From Octopus sinensis (Eukaryota): a stretch of DNA of 64,000 nucleotides. Location: NCBI RefSeq assembly GCF_006345805.1, contig NC_043020.1:3906001-3970000 (forward strand). The letters run 5' to 3'. Positions 23,901-36,741 of this stretch are shown piece after piece (position 1 is the first letter of the stretch; every line of letters starts with the position of its first letter). A program made the translations under genes and the position numbers. The notes beneath the pieces are model-generated. The model ran no database searches, had not been told where the DNA came from, and worked only from the letters and a program-made list of their open reading frames with translations.

Positions 23901-26900
23901 TGGTGATGTTCAGTTGTTTGTTGTTGTTGGATGTTCGTTGTTGTTGTTGTTGGATGTTCAGTTGTTTTGTTGTTGGATGTTCAGGTTGTGTGTTGTTGGT
24001 TGTTCAGTTTTTGTTGTTGTTGGATGTTCAGTTGTTGTTGTTGTTTGGTTGTTCAGTTGTTGTTGTTGTTGGTGTTCAGTTGTTGTGTTGTTGGTGTTCA
24101 GTTGTTGTTGTTGTTGGTTGTTCAGTGTTGTTGTGTTGGATGTTCCTTGTTGTTGTTGTTGGATGTTCATTGTTGTTGTTGTGGATGTTCAGTTGTTGTT
24201 GTTGTTGGTTGTTCTGGTGTTGTTTTTGTTCGGTTGTTGTTGTTTTGGATGTTCAGTTGTTGTTGTTGGTGCATGTTCATTTGTTGTTGTTGCTGGTTGT
24301 TCAGTTGTTGTGTTGTTGGTGTTCAGTTGTTGTTGTTGTTGGAGTTGTTGTTTGTTGTTGTGGATGTTCAGTTGTTGTTGTTGTTGTTGGATTTCAGTTG
24401 TTGTTGTTGTTGGTTGTTCAATGTTGGTTGTTGGATGTTCAGTTGTTGTTGTTGTTGGATGTCAGTTGTTGTTGTTGTTGGTGTCAGTTGTTGTTGTGTT
24501 GGATGTTCAGTTGTTGTTGTGTTGTTGTGGAGTTCAGTTGTTGTTGGTTGTTCAGTTGTTGTTGTTGTTGTTGTTTGTTCAGTTGTTGTTGTTGTTGGTT
24601 GTTCAGTTGTTGTTGTTGTTGGATGTTCTGTTGTTGTTGTTGCTGGATGTTCAGTTGTTGTTGTTGTTGTTGGATGTTCAGTTGTTGTTGTTGGATGTTC
24701 AGTTGTTGTTGTTGTTGGTTGTTCAGTTGTTGTTGTTGTTGGATGTTCTGTTGTTGTTGTTGTTGGATGTTCAGTTGTTGTTGTTGTTGGATGTTCAGTT
24801 GTTGTTGTTGTTGGTTGTTCAGTTGATGTTGTTGCTGGATGTTCAGTTGTTGTTGTTGGATGTTCAGTTGTTGTTGTTGGTTGGTCAGTTGTTGCTGTTG
24901 TTGGACATTCTGTTGTTGTTGTTGTTGGATGTTCAGTTGTTGTTGTTGTTGGATGTTCAGTTGTTGTTGTTGTTGGTTGTGCAGTTGTTGTTGTTGTTGG
25001 ATGTTCTGTTTTTGTTGTTGTTGGGTGTTCAGTTGTTGTTGTTGTTGGATGTTCAGTTGTTGTTGTTGTTGGTTGTTCAAGTGATGTTGTTGCTGGATGT
25101 TCAGTTGTTGTTGTTGTTGGATGTTCAGTTGTTGTTGTTGTTGGTTGTTCAGTTGTTGTTGTTGTTGGATGTTCTGTTGTTGTTGTTGTTGGATGTTCAG
25201 TTGTTGTTGTTGTTGGATGTTCAGTTGTTGTTGTTGTTGTTGTTCAGGTTGTTGTTGTTGATGTTCTGTTGTTGTTGTTGTTGGATGTTCAGTTTGTTGT
25301 GTTGGTGTTTCAGTTGTTGTTGTTGTGGATGTTCAGTGTTGTTGGTTGTTGTTGTTCAGTTGTGTTGTTGCTGGTTGTTCAGTTGTTGTTGTTGTTGGAT
25401 GTTCAGTTGTTGTTGTTGTGTTGGTTGTTGTGTTGTTGTTATGTTCAGTTGTTGTTGTTGTTGGTTGTTCAGTTGTTGTTTTGTTGGTTGTTCAGTTGTT
25501 GTTGCTGGATGTTCAGTTGTTGTTGTTGTTGTTGATGTCAGTGTTGTTGTTGTGGTTGTTCAGTTGTTGTTGCTGGATGTTCAGTTGTTGTTGTTGTTGG
25601 TTGTTCAGTTGTTGTTGTTGTTGGTTGTTCAGTTGTTGTTGTTGGATGTTCAGTTGTTGTTGTTGTTGGTTGTTCAGTTGTTGTTGTTGGATGTTCAGTT
25701 GTTGTTGTTGTTGGTTGTTCAGTTGTTGTTGTTGGATGTTCTGTTGTTGTTGTTGGATGTTCTGTTGTTGTTGTTGTTGGATGTTCTGTTGTTGTTGGTG
25801 GTTGTTCGTTGTGTTGTTGGATGTTCTGTTGTTGTTTGTTGGTTGTTCAGTTTGTGTTGTGGGTTCAGTTGTTGTTGTTGTTGGTTGTTCAGTTGTTGTT
25901 GCTGGATGTTCAGTTGTTGTTGTTGTTGGTTGTTCAGTTGTTGTTGTTGGATGTTCTGTTGTTGTTGTTGGATGTTCTGTTGTTGTTGTTGTTGGATGTT
26001 CTGTTGTTGTTGTTGTTGGTTGTTCAGTTGTTGTTGTTGGATGTTCTGTTGTTGTTGTTGTTGGATGTTCAGTTGTTGTTGCTGGATGTTCAGTTGTTGT
26101 TGCTGTTGGTTGTTCAGTTGTTGTTGTTGGATGTTCTGTTGTTGTTGTTGTTGGATGTTCAGTTGTTGTTGTTGTTGGTTGTTCAGTTGTTGTTGTTGTT
26201 GGATGTTCAGTTGTTGTTGTTGTTGGTTGTTCAGTTGTTGTTGCTGGATGTTCATTGTTGTTGTTGTTGGTTGTTCAGTTGTTGTTGTTGTTGGATGTTC
26301 AGTTGTTGTTGTTGTTGGTTGTTCAGTTGTTGTTGCTGGATGTTCAGTTGTTGTTGTTGTTGGTTGTTCAGTTTATGTTGTTGCTGGATGTTCAGTTGTT
26401 GTTGTTGTTGGTTGTTCAGTTGTTGTTGTTGGATGTTCTGTTGTTTGTTGTTGGATGTTCAGTTGTTTTGTTGTTGTTGTTGTTCAGTTGTTGTTGTTGT
26501 GTTGGATGTTCCAGTTGTTGTTGTTGGTGGTGTTCAGTGTTGTTGCTGGATGGTTAGTTGTTGTGTTGGATGTTCAGTTGTTGTTGTGTTGGTTGTTCAG
26601 TTGTTGTTGTTGTTGGTTGTTCAGTGTTGTTGTGGATGTTCTGTTGTTGTTGTGTTGGTTGTTGTTCAGTTGTTGTTGTTGGATGTTCTGTTGTTGTTGT
26701 TGTTGGATGTTCAGTTGTTGTTGTTGGATTCAGTTGTTGTTGTTGTTGTTGGTTGTTCAGTTGTTGTTGTTGTTGGTTGTTCAGTTGTTGTTGTTGGATG
26801 TTCTGTTGTTGTTGTTGTTGGTTGTTCAGTTGTTGTTGTTGTTGGTTGTTCAGTTGTTGTTGTTGGATATTCTGTTGTTGTTGTTGGATGTTCAGTTGTT

Positions 26901-29900
26901 GTTGTTGTTGGTTGTTCAGTTGTTGTTGTTGCTGGATTTTCAGTTGTTGTTGTTGTTGGTTGTTCAGTTGTTGTTGTTGGATGTTCAGTTGTTGTTGTTG
27001 ATGGATGTTCAGTTGTTGTTGTTGTTGGTTGTTCAGTTGTTGTTGTTGGACGTTCTGTTGTTGTTGTTGCTGGATGTTCAGTTGTTGTTGTTGTTGGTTG
27101 TTCGGTTGTTGTTGTTGGATGTTCTGTTGTTGTTGTTGATGGATGTTCAGTTGTTGTTGTTGTTGGTTGTTCAGTTGTTGTTGTTGCTGGATTTTCAGTT
27201 GTTGTTGTTGGATATTCTGTTGTTGTTGTTGTTGGATGTTCAGTTGTTGTTGTTGTTGGTTGTTCAGTTGTTGTTGTTGGATATTCTGTGTTGTTTGTTG
27301 ATGTTCAGTTGTTGTTGTTGTTGGTTGTTCAGTTGTTGTTGTTGCTGGATTTTCAGTTGTTGTTGTTGTTGGTGTTCAGTTGTTGTTGTTGGATGTTTAG
27401 TTTGTTGTTGATTGATGTTTCAGTTGTTGTTGTTGTTGTTGTGAGTTGTTGTTGTTGTTGGATGTTCTGTTGTTGTTGTTGTTGCTGGATGTTCAGTTGT
27501 TGTTGTTGTTGGTTGTTCTTGTTGTTGTTGTTGTTGATGTTCTGTGTGTTGTTGTTGGATGTTCAGTTTTTTTGTTGTTGTTGGATGTTCAGTTGTTGTG
27601 TTGTTGGATGTTCGTTGTTGTTGTTGTTGGATGTTCAGTTGTTGTTGTTGTTGGTTGTTCAGTTGTTGTTGTTGTTGGATGTTCAGTTGTTGTTGTTGTT
27701 GGTTGTTCAGTTGTTGTTGTAGGATGTTCAGTTGTTGTTGTTGCTGGATGTTCAGTTGTTATTGTTGTTGGATGTTCAATTGTTGTTGTTGTTGGATGTT
27801 CAGTTGTTGTTAGTTGTTGGTTGTTCAGATGTTGTTGTTGCTGGATGTTCAGTTGTTGTTGTTGTTGGTTGTTCAGTTGTTGCTGTTGGATGTTCAGTTG
27901 TTGTTGCTGCTGGATGTTCAGTTGTTGTGGTTGTTGGATGTTCTGTTGTTGTTGTTGTTGGATGTTCAGTTGTTGTTGTTGTTGGTTGTGCAGTTGTTGT
28001 TGTTGTTGGATGTTCTGTTTTTGTTATTGTTGGGTGTTTAGTTGTTGTTGTTGTTGGATGTTCAGTTGTTTGTTGTTGGTTGTTCAGTGATGTTGTTGCT
28101 GGATGTTCAGTTGTTGTTGTTGTTGGATGTTCAATTGTGTGTTGTTGTTGGTTGTTCAGTTGTTGTTGTTGTTGGATGTTCGTTGTTGTTGTTTGGATGA
28201 TCAGTTGTTGTGTTGTTGGATGTTCAGTTGTTGTGTGTTGGTTGTTGTTCAGTTGTGTTGTTGGGGATGTTCTGGTTGTTGTTTTTGGATGTTCAGTCAT
28301 TGTTGTTGTTGGATGTTCAGTTGTTGTTGTTGTTGGTTGTTCAGTTGTTGTTGTTGTTGGATGTTCTGTTGTTGTTGTTGTTGGATGTTCAGTTGTTGTT
28401 GTTGTTGGTTGTTCAGTTGTTGTTGCTGGATGTTCAGTTGTTGTTGTTGTTGGTTGTTCAGTTGTTGTTGTTGATGGATGTTCAGTTGTTGTTGTTGTTG
28501 GATGTTCAGTTGTTGTTGTTGTTGGTTGTTCAGTTGTTGTTGCTGGATGTTCAGTTGTTGTTGTTGTTGGTTGTTCAGTTGTTGTTGTTGTTGGTTGTTC
28601 AGTTGTTGTTGCTGATGTTCAGTTGTTGTTGTTGTTGGTTGTTCAGTTGTTGTTGATGTTGGTTCTTCAATTGTTGTTGCTGGATGTTCAGTTGTTGTTG
28701 TTGTTGGTTGTTCAGTTGTTGTTGTTGTTGGGTGTTCAGTTGTTGTTGTTGGATGTTCAGTTGTTGTTGTTGTGGGTTGTTCAGTTGTTGTTGCTGGATG
28801 TTCATTTGTTGTTGTTGTCGGTTGTTCAGTTGTTGTTGTTGTTGGTTGTTCAGTTGTTGTTGTTGGATGTTCTGTTGTTGTTGTTGTTGGATGTTCAGTT
28901 GTTGTTGTCGTTGGTTGTTCAGTTGTTGTTGTTGCTGGATGTTCAGTTGTTGTTGTTGTTGTTTGTTCAGTTGTTGTTGTTGGATGTTCAGTTGTTGTTG
29001 CTGGATGTTCTGTTGCTGTTGTTGTTGCTTGTTCAGTTGTTGTTGTTGGATGTTCTGTTGTTGTTGTTGCTGGATGTTCAGGTGTTGTTGTTGTTGGTTG
29101 TTCAGATGTTGTTGTTGTTGGTTGTTCAGTTGTTGTTTTTGTTGTTGTTCAGTTGTTGTAGTTAGATTTTCAGTTGTTGTTGTTGGATGTTGTGTTGTTG
29201 TTGGATGTTCTGTTGTTGTTGTTGCTGGATGTTCAGTTGTTATTGTTGTTGGTTGTTCAGTTGTTGTTGTTGCTGGATGTTCAGTTGTTGTTGTTGTTGG
29301 ATGTTCACTTGTTGTTGTTGGATGTTCTGTTGTTGTTGTTGCTGGATGTTCAGTTGTTGTTGTTGTTGGTTGTTCAGTTGTTGTTGTTGCTAGATGTCCA
29401 GTTGTTGTTGTTGGATGTTCAGTTGTTGTTGTTGTTGGTTGTTCAGTTGTTGTTGTTGGATGTTCTGTTGTTGTTGTTGCTGGATGTTCAATTGTTGTTG
29501 TTGTTGGTTGTTCAGTTGTTGTTGTTGTTGTTTGTTCAGTTGTTGTTGTTGGATGTTCAGTTGTTGTTGTTGGATGATCTGTTGTTGTTGGATGTTCTGT
29601 TGTTGTTGTTGCTGGATGTTCAGTTGTTTTTGTTGTTGGTTGTTCAGTTGTTGTTGTTCCTGGATGTTCAGTTGTTGTTGTTGTTGGATGTTCAGTTGTT
29701 GTTGTTGGATGTTCTGTTGTTGTTGTTGCTGGATGTTCAGTTGTTGTTGTTGTTGGTTGTTCAGTTGTGGTTGTTGCTGGAAGTTCAGTTGTTGTTGTTG
29801 TTGGATGTTCAGTTGTTGTTGTTGTTGGTTGTTCAGTTGTTGTTATTGGATGTTCTGTTGTTGTTGTTGCTGGATGTTCAGTTGTTGTTGTTGTTGGTTG

Positions 29901-32900
29901 TTCAGTTGTTGTTGTTGCTGGATGTTCAGTTGTTGTTGTTGTTGGATGTTCAGTTGTTGTTGTTGGTTGTTCAGTTGTTGTTGCTGGATGTTCAGTTGTT
30001 GTTGTTGTTGGTTGTTCAGTTGTTGTTGTTGTTGGTTGTTCAGTTGTTTTTGCTGGATGTTCAGTTGTTTTTGTTGGTTGTTCAGTTGTTGTTGTTGGAT
30101 GTTCTGTTGTTGTTGTTGTTGGTTGTTCAGTTGTTGTCGCTGGATGTTCAGTTGTTGTTGTTGTTGGCTGTTCAGTTGTTGTTGTTGGATGTTCTGTTGT
30201 TGTTGTTGTTGGTTGTTCAGTTGTTGTTGTTGGATGTTCTGTTGTTGTTGTTGTTGGTTGTTCAGTTGTTGTTGTTGGATGTTCAGTTGTTGTTGTTGTT
30301 GGATGTTCAGTTGTTGTTGTTGTTGGTTGTTCAGTTGTTGTTGTTGGATGTTCAGTTGTTGTTGTTGCTGGATGTTCAGTTGTTGTTGTTGTTGGTTGTT
30401 CAGTTGTTGTTGTTGGATGTTCAGTTGTTGTTGTTGCTGGATGTTCAGTTGTTGTTGTTGGTTGTTCAGTTGTTGTTGTTGGATGTTCAGTTGTTGTTGT
30501 TGCTGGATGTTCAGTTGTTGTTGTTGTAGGATGTTCAGTTGTTGTTGTTGTCGGTTGTTCAGTTGTTGTTGTTGTTGGTTGTTCAGTTGTTGTTGCTGGA
30601 TGTTCAGTTGTTGTTGCTGCTGGATGTTCAGTTGTTGTTGGATGTTCAGTTGTTGTTGTTGCTGGATGTTCAGTTGTTGTTGTGGCTGGATGTTCAATTG
30701 TTTTTGTTGGATGTTCAGTTGTTGTTGTTGCTGGATGTGCAGTTGTTGTTGTTGTTGGTTGTTCAGTTGTTGTTGTTGCATGTTCAGTTGTTGTTGTTGC
30801 TGGATGTTCAGTTGTTTTTGTTGGATGTTCAGTTGTTGTTGTTGCTGGATGTTCAGTTGTTGTTGTTGCTGGATGTTCAGTTGTTGTTGTTGGATGTTAA
30901 GTTGTTGTTGTTGCTGGATGTTCAGTTGTTGTTGTTGTTGGATGTTCAGTTGTTGTTGTTGGATTATCAGTTGTTGTTGCTGCTGGATGTTCAGGTGTTG
31001 TTGTTGGATGTTCAGTTGTTGTTGTTGCTGGATGTTCAGTTGTTTTTGTTGGATGTTCAGTTGTTTTTGTTGCTGGACGTTCAGTTGTTGTTGTTGCTGG
31101 ATGTTCAGTTGTTGTTGTTGGATGTTAAGTTGTTGTTGTTGCTGGATGTTCAGTTGTTGTTGTTGCTGGATGTCCAGTTGTTGTTGTTGGATTATCATTT
31201 GTTGTTGCTGCTGGATGTTCAGGTGTTGTTGTTGGATGTTCAGTTGTTGTTGTTGCTGGATGTTCAGTTGTTGTTGTTGTTGGTTGTTCAGTTGTTGTTG
31301 TTGGATGTTCAGTTGTTGTTGTTGCTGGATGTTCAGATGTTGTTGTTGTTGGTTGTTCAGTTGTTGTTGTTGGTTGTTCAGTTGTTGTTGCTGGATGTTC
31401 AGTTGTTGTTGTTGGATTATCAGTTGTTGTTGCTGCTGGATGTTCAGGTGTTGTTGTTGGATGTTCAGTTGTTATTGTTGCTGGATGTTCAGTTGTTGTT
31501 GCTGTTGGTTGTTCAGTTGTTTTTGTTGGATGTTCAGTTGTTGTTGTTGCTGGATGTTCAGATGTTGTTGTTGTTGGTTGTTCAGTTGTTGTTGTTGGAT
31601 TTCAATTGTTGTTGCTGCTGGATGTTCAGTTGTTGTTGTTGTTGGATGTTCAGTTGTTGTTGTTGTTGGTTGTTCAGTTGTTTTTGTTGTTGGTTGTTCA
31701 GTTGTTTTTGCTGGATGTTCAGTTGTTGTTGCTGGTTGTTCAGTTGTTGTTGTTGGATGTTCTGTTGTTGTTGTTGTTGGTTGTTCAGTTGTTGTTGCTG
31801 GATGTTCAGTTGTTGTTGTTGTTGGTTGTTCATTTGTTGTTGTTGGATGTTCTGTTGTTGTTGTTGTTGGTTGTTCAGTTGTTGTTGTTGGATGTTCTGT
31901 TGTTGTTGTTGTTGGTTGTTCAGTTGTTGTTGCTGGATGTTCAGTTGTTGTTGTTGTTGGTTGTTCAGTTGCTGTTGTTGGATGTTCAGTTGTTGTTGTT
32001 GCTGGATCTTCAGTTATTGTTGTTGTTGGTTGTTCAGTTGTTGTTGTTGGATGTTCAGTTGTTGTTGTTGCTGGATGTTCAGTTGTTGTTGTTGTTGGTT
32101 GTTCAGTTGTTGTTGTTGGATGTTCAGTTGTTGTTGTTTGATGTTCAGTTGTTGTTGCTGCTGGATGTTCAGTTGTTGTTGTTGTAGGATGTTCAGTTGT
32201 TGTTGTTGTTGGTTGTTCAGTTGTTGTTGTTGTTGGTTGTTCAGTTGTTGTTGTTGGATGTTCTGTTGTTGTTGTTGTTGGTTGTTCAGTTGTTGTTGTT
32301 GGATGTTCAGTTGTTGTTGTTGCTGGATGTTCAGTTTTTGTTGTTGTTGGATTTACAGTTGTTGTTGTTGGATGATCATTTGTTGTTGTTGCTGGATGTT
32401 CAGTTGTTGTTGTTGTTGGTTGTTCAGTTGTTGTTGTTGGATGTTCAGTTGTTGTTGTTGCTGGATGTTCAGTTGTTGTTGTTGTTGGTTGTTCAGTTGT
32501 TGTTGTTGGATGTTCAGTTGTTGTTGTTGCTGGATGTTCAGTTGTTGTTGTTGTTGGATGTTTAGTTGTTGTTCTTGGATGTTCTGTTGTTGTTGTTGTT
32601 GGATGTTCAGTTGTTGTTGTTGTTGGTTGTTCAGTTGTTGTTGCTGGATGTTCAGTTGTTGTTGTTGTTGGTTGTTCAGTTGTTGTTGTTGGATGTTCTG
32701 TTGTTGTTGTTGCTGGATGTTCAGTTGTTGTTGTTGTTGGTTGTTCTGTTGTTGTTGTTGGATGTTCAGTTGTTGTTGTTGCTGGATGTTCAGTTGTTGT
32801 TGTTGGATGTTCAGTTGTTGTTGTTGTTGGTTGTTCAGTTGTTGTTGCTGGATATTCACTTGTTGTTGTTGTTGGTTGTTGTTCAGTTGTTGTGTTGTTG

Positions 32901-35796
32901 GTGTTCAGTTGTTGTTGCTGTTGGATGTTCAGTTGTTGTGTTGTGCTTGTTCAGTGTTGTTGTTGGATGTGTATTGTTGTTGTTGTTGGTTGTTCAGTTG
33001 TTGTTGCTGGATGTTCATCTGTTGTTGTTGCTGGATGTTCAGTTGTTGTTGTTGTTGGATGTTCTGTTGTTGTTGTTGTTGTTTGTTCAGTTGTTGTTGT
33101 TGCTGGATGTTCAGTTGTTGTTGTTGTTGGATGTTCAGTTGTTGTGTTGTTGTTTGTTCAGTTGTTGTTGTTGTTGGTTGTTCAGTTGTTGTTGCTGGAT
33201 GTTCAGTTGTTTTTGTTGCTGGATGTTCAGTTGTTGTTGTTGTTGGATGTTCTGTTGTTGTTGTTGTTGGTTGTTCAGTTGTTGTTGATGGATGTTCAGT
33301 TGTTGTTGTTGTTGGATGTTCAGTTGTTGTTGTTGTTGGTTGTTCAGTTGTTGTTGCTGGATGTTCATCTGTTGTTGTTGCTGGATGTTCAGTTGTTGTT
33401 TTTGTTGGATGTTCTGTTGTTGTTGTTGTTGGTTGTTCAGTTGTTGTTGTTGGATATTCAGTTGTTGTTGTTGCTGGATGTTCAGTTGTTGTTGTTGTTA
33501 GATGTTTAGTCGTTGTTGTTGTTGGTTGTTCAGTTGTTGTTGTTGCTGGATGTTCAGTTATTGTTGTTGCTGTATGTTCAGTTGTTGTTGTTGTTTGATG
33601 TTCTGTTGTTGTTGTTGTTGGTTGTTCAGTTGTTGTTGTTGGATGTTCAGTTGTTGTTGTTGCTGGATGTTCAGTTGTTGTTGTTGTTGGTTGTTCAGTT
33701 GTTGTTGTTGGATGTTCAGTTGTTGTTGTTGCTGGATGTTCAGTTGTTGTTGTTGTTGGATGTTTAGTTGTTGTTGTTGTTGGTTGTTCAGTTGTTGTTG
33801 CTGGATATTCACTTGTTGTTGTTGTTGGTTGTTCAGTTGTTGTTGTTGTTGGTTGTTCAGTTGTTGTTGCTGTTGGATGTTCAGTTGTTGCTGTTGTTGC
33901 TTGTTCAGTTGTTGTTGTTGGATGTTCTATTGTTGTTGTTGTTGGTTGTTCAGTTGTTGTTGCTGGATGTTCAGTTGTTGTTGTTGTTGTTTGTTCAGTT
34001 ATTGTTGTTGCTGGATGTTCAGTTGTTGTTGTTGTTGGATGTTCAGTTGTTGTTGTTTTGTGGGTTGTTCAGTTGTTGTTGTTTGGATGTTTCAGTTGTT
34101 GTTGTTGTTGTTGTCAGTTGTTGTTTTTTAGGTTGTTCAGTTGTTGTTGCGGAGGTTCAGCGTTGTTGTTGTTGGTTGTTCAGGTTGTTGTTTGTTGGAG
34201 TTCAGTTGTTTTGTGTTGTTGGATGTTCAGTTGTTTGTTGTTGTTGTGCGTTGTTCAATTGTTGTTGTGTTTGGATGTTCATTGTTGTTGTTGTTGGGAT
34301 GTTCAGTTGTTGTTGTTGGATGTCAGTTGTTGTTGTTGTTGGATGTTCAGTGTTGTTGTTGTTGGTTGTTCAGTTTTGGTTGTTGTTGGGATGTGTTCAA
34401 GTTGTTGTTGTTGTTGGTTGTTCAGTGTTGCTGTTGTTGGTTGTTCAGTGTGCGTTGTTGTGGAGGTTTCGTTGTTTTTGTTGGTTGGATGTTCAGTTGT
34501 TGTTGTTGTTGGTTTTTCAGTTGTTGTTTGTTGTTGGTTGTTCAGTTGACTTGTTGTTGGCTGTCTGTTGTTTAGTTTTTGTTGTTGTTGGATGGTTACT
34601 GTTTGTTGTTGTTTGTTGTTTGGTTGTTCAATGTTGTTCTTGGATGTTACAATTGTTGTTGTTGTTGGATGCTTCAGTTATTGTTGTTGTTGGTGGTTCA
34701 GTTTGTTGTTGTGTTGGTTGTTCAGGTGTTGCTGTTGTGGATGTTCAGTGTTGTTGTTGTTGGTTGTTCAGTTGTTGTTTGTTGTTGTGGATGTATTCAA
34801 TTGTTGTTGTTGTTGGATGTTCGTTATTGTTGGTGTTGTTCAGTTATGTTGTTGTTGGTTGTTTCAGTGGTTGACTGTTGTTGTGATGTTCTGTTGTTGT
34901 TGTTGTTGGATGTTCAGTGTGTTGTGTTGTTGGATGTTCAGGTGTGTTGTTGTTGGTTGTTAGTTTGTTGTTGTTGCTCGGATGTTCAGTTGTTGTTGTT
35001 GTTGGTTGTTCAGTTGTGTTGTTGTTGGATGTTCAGTATTGTTGTTGTTGTTTGTCAGTTGTTGTTGTGTTGTTGGTGGTTGTTCAGTTGTTGGTTGTTT
35101 GGATTGTTTAGTTGGTGTTGTTGTTGGATCGTTTCATTTGTTGTTGGTTGTTGGTTGTTGAGTCGTTGTTGTTGTTGGATGTTCAGTTGTTGTTGTTGTT
35201 GATGTTCAGTTTGTTGTTGTTGGGTTGTTCTTGTTGTTGTTTGTCTGTCGGGTGTTGTTGGTGTTGGATGTCAGTGGTTGTTGTTGTGTGTTGTTTCAGT
35301 TGCTTTTGTTGTTGGTTGTTCAGTTGTTGTTGTTGTTGGATGTTCTGTGTGTTGTTGGGATGCAGTTGTTGTTGTTGTTGGATGTTCAGTTGTTTTGTTG
35401 TTGGTTGTTCAGTTGTTGTTTTTGTTGTTGGATGTTTTGTTGTTTTGTTGGTGTTGGAGTTGTTTGTTGTTTTTGTTGGTTGTTCAGTTGTTGTTGTTGC
35501 TGGATGTTCAGTTGTTTTTGTTGTTGGATCTTCAGTTGCTGTTGTTGTTGGGTGTTCAGTTGTTGTTGTTGTTGGTTGTTCAGTTGTTGTTGTTGCTGGA
35601 TGTTCAGTTGTTGTTGTTGTTGGATCTTCAGTTGCTGTTGTTGTTGGATGTTCAGTTGTTGTTGTTGTTGGTTGTTCAGTTGTTGTTGTTGTTGGTTGTT
35701 CTGTTGTTGTTTGTTGTTCGGTTGTTGTTGTTACTTCAGTCGTGGCTGTTGTTGTTAATTCTTCAGTCGTGCCTGTTGTTGATTGTTGTTCAGTAT
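20924..35796 (-). CDS. Mucin exon of cassette 1, ~14.9 kb, (T3-5-E-Q/H-P)n, frameshifted in this assembly
   Basis: Same acceptor (ttttacag|ATACTGAAC) and opening TEQQSTTGTTEELTTTA as the other copies. Donor CAG|gtgagt at 20924. Length 14873 is not a multiple of 3 and there are many 1-nt indels. Confidence 0.6.
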
Positions 35797-35959
35797 CTGT
35801 AAAAATATAATGCATGTTACACAATCTGTATTGCTAAAGCGTATCACACTTTCATGTGTTTTGGGGAGTGGTAACTCTCACTGATACATTGTTGTGTCGA
35901 AATTCACTATAAATCATATATACTAAGAAAGTTAAATAGTCGTAGTATTTGTTGTAGTT

Positions 35960-36069
35960 GTTGTAGTAGTTAGGTAGTAGTAGTAGTAGTAGTAGTAGTA
36001 GTACTAGTAGTAGTGGTGGTGGTAGTGGTTGTAGTCGCAGTCGTAGTAGTAGTAGTAGTACTAGTAGTT

Positions 36070-36116
<47 letters not shown>

Positions 36117-36225
36117 TTTAGGAGTTGTATTTGTAGTAGTAGTAGTATTTGTAGTTGGAGTATTATTTGTAGTAGTAGTAGTAGTAGTAGTAGTTGTAGT
36201 AGTAGTAGCAGTAGAAGGAGGAGGA
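35960..36225. repeat. Intronic (TAG/ACT)n microsatellite; shorter versions at ~44018-44170 and ~53058-53225
   Basis: Seen directly at the same intron position in all three cassettes. Confidence 0.9.
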
Positions 36226-36329
36226 TTAGTTCATTTCATTGTTGTTGCCTTAGAAATATGTTATCGTTTTATCCTGATAAAATTTAATGTGAAAGAATAT
36301 AATACACCTTTTCGAATCTTTGCACTTAC

Positions 36330-36482
36330 TTTCGGAATTCACTTTCGTCTTTTCTCCTATGACACCTGTAATATTATTGATGGTTTCGCGGACAATCTCT
36401 ACCTGGGGATCTGCACGTTTGAATTCCATAATCAGGTCTGCAATCAGGCTACCGTTTCTGAAATCAAGAAAGATAATCTTTA
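36330..36482 (-). CDS. SEA-domain C-terminal exon, cassette 1
   Basis: Reads KIIFLDFRNGSLIADLIMEFKRADPQVEIVRETINNITGVIGEKTKVNSE. Donor GAAA|gtaagt at 36330 (phase 1, matches the mucin exon). The acceptor is ambiguous: 36457, 36482 or 36486. Confidence 0.75.
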
Positions 36483-36741
36483 CTAACTGCACGAGCATTT
36501 TACGAGAATTTGCAGAAGAACTTGTTATATTTGTGCAATAACAGAAATCACAAGCAGAGATTTTCTCTCAACTCTGTTCATAAAATCCCTCTTGGTTTAC
36601 CTCTTTATGAATCAGTGCAAACGGCGTGATCTCCACCCTACATCGTGGAACAGGGCCTGCCTCACTTCAGAGAGCTAAGCAAATCCAGTTGAGAATGCAG
36701 ACAAACCCTGGCCAGAGATTGTTATTGCTAGAGAGCCATAC

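Noticed and set aside
20664-35810. Many long plus-strand ORFs (LLLLVVQ, CCCWLFS, VVVGCS) and minus-strand polyQ ORFs (NIQQQQL)
   Set aside because: They are alternative or antisense frames of a (CAA/TTG)-rich array that lacks stops. The flanking splice sites and the paralogous exons point to the minus-strand T-E-Q/H-P frame.
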